From the IMG/VR virus record IMGVR_UViG_3300027743_000031, positions 1 to 61,575 of that record: DNA of 61,575 nt. One strand, 5' to 3'. The translations under genes were made by a program, and so were the position numbers. Positions 55,936-61,575 of this stretch are shown here, piece after piece. Each line of letters begins with the position of its first letter. Position 1 is the first letter of the stretch. Source of the DNA: a virus. Taxonomy: Duplodnaviria > Caudoviricetes. A model generated the notes under the pieces. That model worked only from the letters and a program-made list of their open reading frames with translations, did no database searches and had not been told where the DNA came from.

Positions 55936-57062
55936 CAGGGGGGATCGATTCTCGTCTTCGGCGCGCTGATCGCGGTGAACTGCACGGTCTCGCCGGTCGG
56001 TGCCGACTCATTGACCACGATCTCGTTGAGGCGCTGCCACTCGGTGACGGTGCGGCACATGCGGGTGACGGTGATCGGGAACCACGCGCCGGGGATCAGT
56101 TCGGACATCGCCCACGGTGCGCCGGGAAGCAGCGTCGTGTTGGCGGGGATGACGACGCTGACCGGGGCGGGCGACATCTTGTCGATCGCTCGCGCTGCGG
56201 TCTGCGACCACGATGTCAGTTCTTCCGGCGTGGGCGGGTCGTTCACGCTGTCACCCTCGGAGGTGTTGGAGATGAGCAGGTCGATCTTGCCGTACTGGTT
56301 GTAGTACAGCGGCTCACCGATCGCCATGCCTGCGTAGCCGCGGCCGTTGGTGACGAAGCCGCGCGTGGCGAGTTGGTAGCCGTACTCCACGATGCGAGGG
56401 AACTGGGACATGAACTCCTCGCTGATCTCGGGCAGCACCGCCCAGGCGTAGTTGATGTCGAAGAAGTAGATGTCGCGATTGACCGTGCAGTAGTCGGTGC
56501 CCATGTCCTCGGCGTACTTGTCGAAGTCCTCCCACACGGTCATCTGGAACGCATTGACGATGCGCGTGGTTCGCGGCTCGGTGTTGATGTCGGGGTTGTG
56601 GATCGCGATGCAGCGGCCGACCATGTTCCACGGGTCGCCGTCCGCGGAGAAGCACTGCTCGTTGAGCAGCCAGTCCATGCGTTGGATGACGCGACCGATG
56701 TTCGGCCAGGACTGGTTGTAGCCGACCTCCAGCACTCGCTTCTTGGCGACCCACAGGAAGTCTTCGGCGAACACCCGCACCACGCTCCAGTCGTACTCCA
56801 AGCGGGTGATGACGCCCTGCCACACTGGCTCGTCATCGCGCAGGATGTGAAGCTCCATGATCGCCGTGCGAAGATCGCCCAGCAGTTCACAGCACTGGTA
56901 GGTGGGGACGACAACCTCGGAGTGGGACACGTCGTCACGGATTCGGTTCCAGCGCACTGCCGTCAGTGGCGTGAGCTCACCGATGAAGTTGACGCCACCG
57001 CGCTCGTAGACCAGGGCGCGATGAGTCGCACAGGTGAACTCCGGCTCGACTGGCAGCGACAT
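55935..57062 (-). CDS. Minor tail protein (baseplate hub type)
   Basis: 375 aa; second gene after the tape measure; RDDEPVWQGVI. Confidence 0.7.
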   Translation of the reverse strand: MSLPVEPEFTCATHRALVYERGGVNFIGELTPLTAVRWNRIRDDVSHSEVVVPTYQCCELLGDLRTAIMELHILRDDEPVWQGVITRLEYDWSVVRVFAEDFLWVAKKRVLEVGYNQSWPNIGRVIQRMDWLLNEQCFSADGDPWNMVGRCIAIHNPDINTEPRTTRIVNAFQMTVWEDFDKYAEDMGTDYCTVNRDIYFFDINYAWAVLPEISEEFMSQFPRIVEYGYQLATRGFVTNGRGYAGMAIGEPLYYNQYGKIDLLISNTSEGDSVNDPPTPEELTSWSQTAARAIDKMSPAPVSVVIPANTTLLPGAPWAMSELIPGAWFPITVTRMCRTVTEWQRLNEIVVNESAPTGETVQFTAISAPKTRIDPP

Positions 57063-57064
57063 GG

Positions 57065-58495
57065 CTACCCGACTGCGACGGACGCCGTGCGGAGAAGGAT
57101 GCGAACCTCGTGCCCAGCCTCCTGGTCGATGGTCACGCGGTAGAGCGAGTCGCTGAACTCGGGCCAGCGCAACGGCCCGTCGTCCCAGTCACGCGCGAAG
57201 TTGATGAGCGACCGCTCCACGCCAGCGCTCTCGGCCACAGCGGTGTGGCGGTGGACGTCGATGATGACGTGCGAGTTGGCCGGGATGAACGGCAGCAGGT
57301 AGCCACCGACGCGCACCGCGCCGTCCCACAGCCCGATCCGCACGAAGCCCGCGGGCTGAGCGAAGGTCGTCAGTTCGAACACCGGCTGCACCATCGCCAG
57401 CGTCGAGCCTTCAGCGTTGGGCACCCAGACGATGTTGTGGCGCGTCCACGATGACGGGATCATCGGGTCGAGCTTCAACGGCGAGGGGCGGGTGAGCACC
57501 CCGGCGATGTGACGCATCGACGTGCGGCCGGGGATGTCGAACGGGTCGGGGACAGGAGGCGGCGGTGACGACAGCGGCTCGACCAACGTGCCAGCGCCCA
57601 GCGCGTCGAGCACACCGCGCGAGAGGCCCTGTCCGTACTTCTTCGGGTCGGCGGCGACGATCGTGATTTCGAACTCCACCAGCGCCCCGTCCGAGTACAT
57701 CACCGGGTGGCGCAGGACCGTCGCACCCGTCGTCACGGCGACGTTGTTGTAGTGGCGGATGTACGGCGCGACGCAGTTCTCGATGCAGCAGGTCCACCCA
57801 GGCGGGCCACCTTGCAGGTCGTCGTAGAAGTCGGGCCACGAGCACCAGTCGGGATCGTCCGCTGGCGGACCGGCCGTCAACTCGGCGTAGGTCGCGGGCC
57901 ACCACGACGGCGTGCAGTCGGTGGGGCCGTTGGCAAGCTCGGCGTAGTTGTGAATCCAGCACGGGCCTCCGGGCTGGTCGTCCTCACACACGCAGGGGCA
58001 GCAGTCGAAGAACGTCAGCCGGTGGCCGATGCAGTTGTCCACCTCGATCGCGTTGAGCGCCGAGGCCATCCAGTTCAGCCCCGCCGTCAGCGAGCACTCG
58101 TCCTCCGCGATGGCGATGCCGTGCAGGACGAGCGTGCGCGGACCGAAGTAGGGCGGGCCGATCACGCCGCCTCCGCTGACTGCGTTGGCGACCGACACCT
58201 GGCGGGTGCTCGACTCAGCGCCCGCGATGTCCAAGCCGATGACGCCCAGGAAGCCCCACGTGTCGGGGTTGTCCACGTCGTACCACGGCGCAGGGTCGAG
58301 CGCGACGCCTTGGTAGTTCGCTCCACCCGGCACGACCACCTGTGCCTCGGGGCAGTCCAGACACTCCTCCAGCCAACAGATTCCCGCCTGGCGCGCGTAG
58401 GCGTAGGCGCGGCTGTTGTTCACGAACTCGGTGTACGGCGCGGGCGGTGTCTCGAAAGGATCACCGTCACCGAGTAGCAGCCATCCTGGGTACAC
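57065..58495 (-). CDS. Minor tail protein (distal-tail position), Cys-rich
   Basis: First gene after the tape measure; APWYD...GFLGV. Confidence 0.75.
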   Translation of the reverse strand: MYPGWLLLGDGDPFETPPAPYTEFVNNSRAYAYARQAGICWLEECLDCPEAQVVVPGGANYQGVALDPAPWYDVDNPDTWGFLGVIGLDIAGAESSTRQVSVANAVSGGGVIGPPYFGPRTLVLHGIAIAEDECSLTAGLNWMASALNAIEVDNCIGHRLTFFDCCPCVCEDDQPGGPCWIHNYAELANGPTDCTPSWWPATYAELTAGPPADDPDWCSWPDFYDDLQGGPPGWTCCIENCVAPYIRHYNNVAVTTGATVLRHPVMYSDGALVEFEITIVAADPKKYGQGLSRGVLDALGAGTLVEPLSSPPPPVPDPFDIPGRTSMRHIAGVLTRPSPLKLDPMIPSSWTRHNIVWVPNAEGSTLAMVQPVFELTTFAQPAGFVRIGLWDGAVRVGGYLLPFIPANSHVIIDVHRHTAVAESAGVERSLINFARDWDDGPLRWPEFSDSLYRVTIDQEAGHEVRILLRTASVAVG

Positions 58496-58503
58496 AGAGC
58501 CTC

Positions 58504-61500
58504 CTAGACCTGCTGCGCCATTGCGACGGCGCGGTTGACGATTTGTGTCGCCACGGCGACGGGATCAGCACTCTGCGGCAGGATCGTCTGGTACAGGTTG
58601 ATCTGCTTGCCGACCGCTGGCCCGGTGGGGTTGCTGTTCAACGGCGTGACGACCGTACCCGGCGCGAGGAACGTGGGCGAGTCGATGACCGCCGAGCGGC
58701 CACCGCGACTGATGAACTCCGGTCCTGCCTCACCACCGATGCCGCCCATCGCGCCGACCACGCCGCCCATCGCGAAGCCAGGCACACCCGTCACCTTCGT
58801 GGTCACGGTGATCACCCGGCCGTCGAGCGCGTCGATCTTGCGCTTGATGTTGTCGAGCTCCACCTGCGCCGAGCCGCTGAGCAAGGTGAAGGTCGTGTTG
58901 ACGATGCTGTCGATGCCGTCGAGCGTCTCGCTGTACTCAGACGCCTTCGTCTGCGCGTTGGTCAGGCCCGTCTGGATGAAGCCGGTGGCAACTTGGTCCG
59001 GCGTGTCGTCCAGCGTCTCCTTGTAGGTGTCGGCCTTGGTCGAGGCATCCTCCAGGCCCGTGTGTTCGAAGTCGGTGGACACCTTGGCTTTGGTGTCGTC
59101 GGTCGTCTTCTTGTAGTCGGCGGCCTTGGTGTTGCTGTCCTCCAGCCCCTTGTGTTCGAACTCCGTCTGGACGACGCCCTTCATCTTGTCGACGTTCTCG
59201 ATGAAGGCATCGGTGTCGGTCAGCCCCTCCTCCATGCCGGGGGTGGCGATGGTCGTCTCGATGCTCTCCGGGGTCAGGCCGAGCGCGTTGACATACGCCT
59301 CGGCCTCGGCGGTGGTCAGGCCGAACTGGGTCAGTTGATCGATCAACTGCTGGCGCAGCATCGACACCTGCGTGGCAACGAAGCCCGTGTCCTCACCGGC
59401 CGTCACCTGTGCGGCGGCGAAGTCGAGGATGGCGCTGATCTGATCGCGGATCACCTCGCGGTTCTTCAGCGCCCCTTCGCTGTTGTCGGTCAGCGACTTG
59501 GTGAACTCGTCATTGCCCGCGACCGCGTTGAAGATCTGCGTGTTCGTGTCCGAGATGGCCTGCTGCAACTCGTCCCACGTCGCCTGCTGGTCGAGCATCG
59601 GGTTGATGAGCAGGTCGAAGGCTTCGGTCATCGCGCTCGCGGCGTCGGCCGCGGCCGTGGCCTGCTTGGCCACCTCCGACATCTCTTCCTTCGTCTCCCG
59701 CAGCGGGTCGAGCGCGCCCTCCATCGCGGCGCGCTGGTCCTCGATGTTCTGCTGCAAGGTCGCCGCGGCAGCGCTGGCCGCATCCGTTTCCAGCTTGTTG
59801 GACGCGAGCAGCGCGGTGAACTGGTCGTACAGCGGCAGCAGGTCTTCCCCGGTGCGCTTCAGCCCGGTCATCTCCTCGGCCTGGGCCAGCAGTGACTGGG
59901 TGGTCTTGTCGGACGCGGCCCGCGCGTTGAGGAACTCCTTGACGGTCTTGTCGATGTCCACCCCATCGGCCTGGTCCTGGATCTCCTCCAGGGCACTGCC
60001 GATGGCGATGAACTCGGGCGTGAGGTCTTCGACGCCGATGCCCAGTGCTTCGAACTGCTTGGCCAGTTCGATCAGGTCTGTCTCGGCGGCGTTGCCCTCC
60101 AAGGCTCGCTTCACGCTCTTGGCGAACGTGCTGAAGTCTTCGTCGGTCAACTCCACGGCCAGACCGAGTGCCTCCGCTTGCTCGGCCGTCAGGCCAGCCT
60201 GCTCGGCCAGATCGGACAGCGCCTTCACCGGGTTCTTGCCGATCTTGATGAAGATGTCGGCGGTGTCGTCGGTGGTCTTGCCGATCACACCCAGCGCGAT
60301 GTTCAGCTTGTCGGTGGCCCCCGTCGTGTCCGCCAAGGCTCGCGACAGTGCCCGCGTGCTGACGGTCGCGACGTCGGCCGCGGTGACGATGTTGACGAGC
60401 TCGTTGACCTGACCGACCAAGGACTGCGCGGCCTCGCTGGCCCGCTTGGACGTCTCCGACTCCTCGTCGTTGAACAGGCTCATCGCGCCGACCGCGAGTG
60501 CGGCCGCTGCGGAGAGGATCAGCAATTCGGAGTTCACGGTCTTCATCGCGGTCATGGCCGCGGACACGGCCTGGATCGCCTTGACCATCGCCAGGAAGGC
60601 GAGGCCCGCGGCGACGACGGGGCCGGGGATATTGGCGATGATCTCGGCAATGATCGTGATGATCGGTTCCAGGTTTGTCAGCGCGGTGAACAGACTGGTG
60701 AAGCCCTGGACCAGTACGTCGGTGATGCTGGCCTGCGCCATCAGCGCGAGGAACTCCGCGAACACCGGCAGCAGTTCACCGATGTCGGCGGCGAGGTCCG
60801 CGAACGCGCCGATGGCAGCCGGAGTGATCAGGTTGTCGAAGGCTTCGCTCACCCCCTCCAACAGTGGAGCCAGTGACTCGATGATGGTGGTGCCGGACTT
60901 GAAGAAGTTGTCGAGCGCCTTCTGTCCGGCGACGGACTTCATCCAGTCGTTGAACTTGCCGACGATGTCGGTCAGGCTCTGCACCAGCCCGTCGCCGCCG
61001 TCCTTGCCCGCGTCGAACAGGGTGAACAGCGCCTTGCCGACCTCACCGATGAGGCGGAACCAGTCCTTCAGCGACTCGACGCCCTCCACCAAGAACTCCA
61101 TCAGCGCGCCGCTCTTGACGCCCTCATCGATCATCTTCCCCAGCGATTCGGCGGCGGCTTCGATGCTCTTGGCGAGCGCGCCCGCGGCTGGTGTTGCCGC
61201 GCGGAAGAACGGCTCGATGGCGTCGATGATGAGCACCACCGCGTGCAGCAGATCGTCGATGGCGGGCTGCATCGAGCGGAACAGATCGCCCAGTTCCAGG
61301 TCGGTGCCGACGTCAGCCAAGTCCTTGAAGAAGGTGTTGAGCGAGTCGGCGGCGAGGTCGAGCGCCAGCCCAACCTGGGGCAGCAGCGTGTCGGCCAGTA
61401 GCTTCAGCTTGACGTCCAGCCCTTCGAACAGTTCGTCCTGGGTGGCGAGGCGGATGTCACGCAACTCGGGCACGATGTCAGCGAAGGCACCCGCCACCTT

Positions 61501-61572
61501 GCGGGCCTCGGGTGACAGTTGCGCGAGGGTCTTCTGCACGTCCTCGGCTTCGATGTTGAACTCGCGGCCCTC
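58504..61572 (-). CDS. Tape measure protein, C-terminal part
   Basis: Long Ala-rich helical ORF; FAMGG...GEAGPE near the end; joins 1..945 (about 1295 aa in total). Confidence 0.92.
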   Translation of the reverse strand, partial: EGREFNIEAEDVQKTLAQLSPEARKVAGAFADIVPELRDIRLATQDELFEGLDVKLKLLADTLLPQVGLALDLAADSLNTFFKDLADVGTDLELGDLFRSMQPAIDDLLHAVVLIIDAIEPFFRAATPAAGALAKSIEAAAESLGKMIDEGVKSGALMEFLVEGVESLKDWFRLIGEVGKALFTLFDAGKDGGDGLVQSLTDIVGKFNDWMKSVAGQKALDNFFKSGTTIIESLAPLLEGVSEAFDNLITPAAIGAFADLAADIGELLPVFAEFLALMAQASITDVLVQGFTSLFTALTNLEPIITIIAEIIANIPGPVVAAGLAFLAMVKAIQAVSAAMTAMKTVNSELLILSAAAALAVGAMSLFNDEESETSKRASEAAQSLVGQVNELVNIVTAADVATVSTRALSRALADTTGATDKLNIALGVIGKTTDDTADIFIKIGKNPVKALSDLAEQAGLTAEQAEALGLAVELTDEDFSTFAKSVKRALEGNAAETDLIELAKQFEALGIGVEDLTPEFIAIGSALEEIQDQADGVDIDKTVKEFLNARAASDKTTQSLLAQAEEMTGLKRTGEDLLPLYDQFTALLASNKLETDAASAAAATLQQNIEDQRAAMEGALDPLRETKEEMSEVAKQATAAADAASAMTEAFDLLINPMLDQQATWDELQQAISDTNTQIFNAVAGNDEFTKSLTDNSEGALKNREVIRDQISAILDFAAAQVTAGEDTGFVATQVSMLRQQLIDQLTQFGLTTAEAEAYVNALGLTPESIETTIATPGMEEGLTDTDAFIENVDKMKGVVQTEFEHKGLEDSNTKAADYKKTTDDTKAKVSTDFEHTGLEDASTKADTYKETLDDTPDQVATGFIQTGLTNAQTKASEYSETLDGIDSIVNTTFTLLSGSAQVELDNIKRKIDALDGRVITVTTKVTGVPGFAMGGVVGAMGGIGGEAGPEFISRGGRSAVIDSPTFLAPGTVVTPLNSNPTGPAVGKQINLYQTILPQSADPVAVATQIVNRAVAMAQQV
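61447..61572. repeat. Terminal direct repeat, copy 2
   Basis: Identical to 1-126; the last three bases (AGA) diverge. Confidence 0.95.
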
Positions 61573-61575
61573 AGA

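Noticed and set aside
61573-61575. Terminal AGA differing from the repeat copy (TTC)
   Set aside because: Probably an adapter or assembly-end artefact rather than biology.

Overview
The window is an apparently complete, circularly permuted genome (about 61.4 kb) of a GC-rich tailed phage, most likely infecting an actinobacterium. Bases 1-126 recur at 61447-61572 and the tape-measure gene reads across the join. The minus strand carries virion genes (terminase, portal, a MuF/2H-phosphoesterase/protease fusion, hexamer- and pentamer-type capsid proteins, tail genes, a tail-fibre array). The plus strand carries an early/accessory arm of small genes (18.8-30.8 kb) and a replication, recombination and lysis arm (35.2-49.7 kb). 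A minus-strand ParB-like/TET-JBP dioxygenase/two-glycosyltransferase DNA-hypermodification operon lies at 30.8-34.0 kb. No integrase, DNA polymerase, DNA methyltransferase, tRNA or CRISPR array was recognised. The most striking unexplained signal is an RNA-level system in the early arm: about nine intergenic elements share a covarying 11-bp stem, an 8-nt loop (CGUCGAAC in four copies, GGUCGAAC in a fifth), a 3-nt linker, a second hairpin and a strong SD, all downstream of a ~460-nt structured leader. Other highlights are an in-frame UGA followed by a bacterial SECIS-like hairpin (candidate phage selenoprotein), a near-consensus host-type parS site near the replication origin, and an Acb2/Tad1-like sponge gene. 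Family assignments come from motif recognition by eye; no searches were run.
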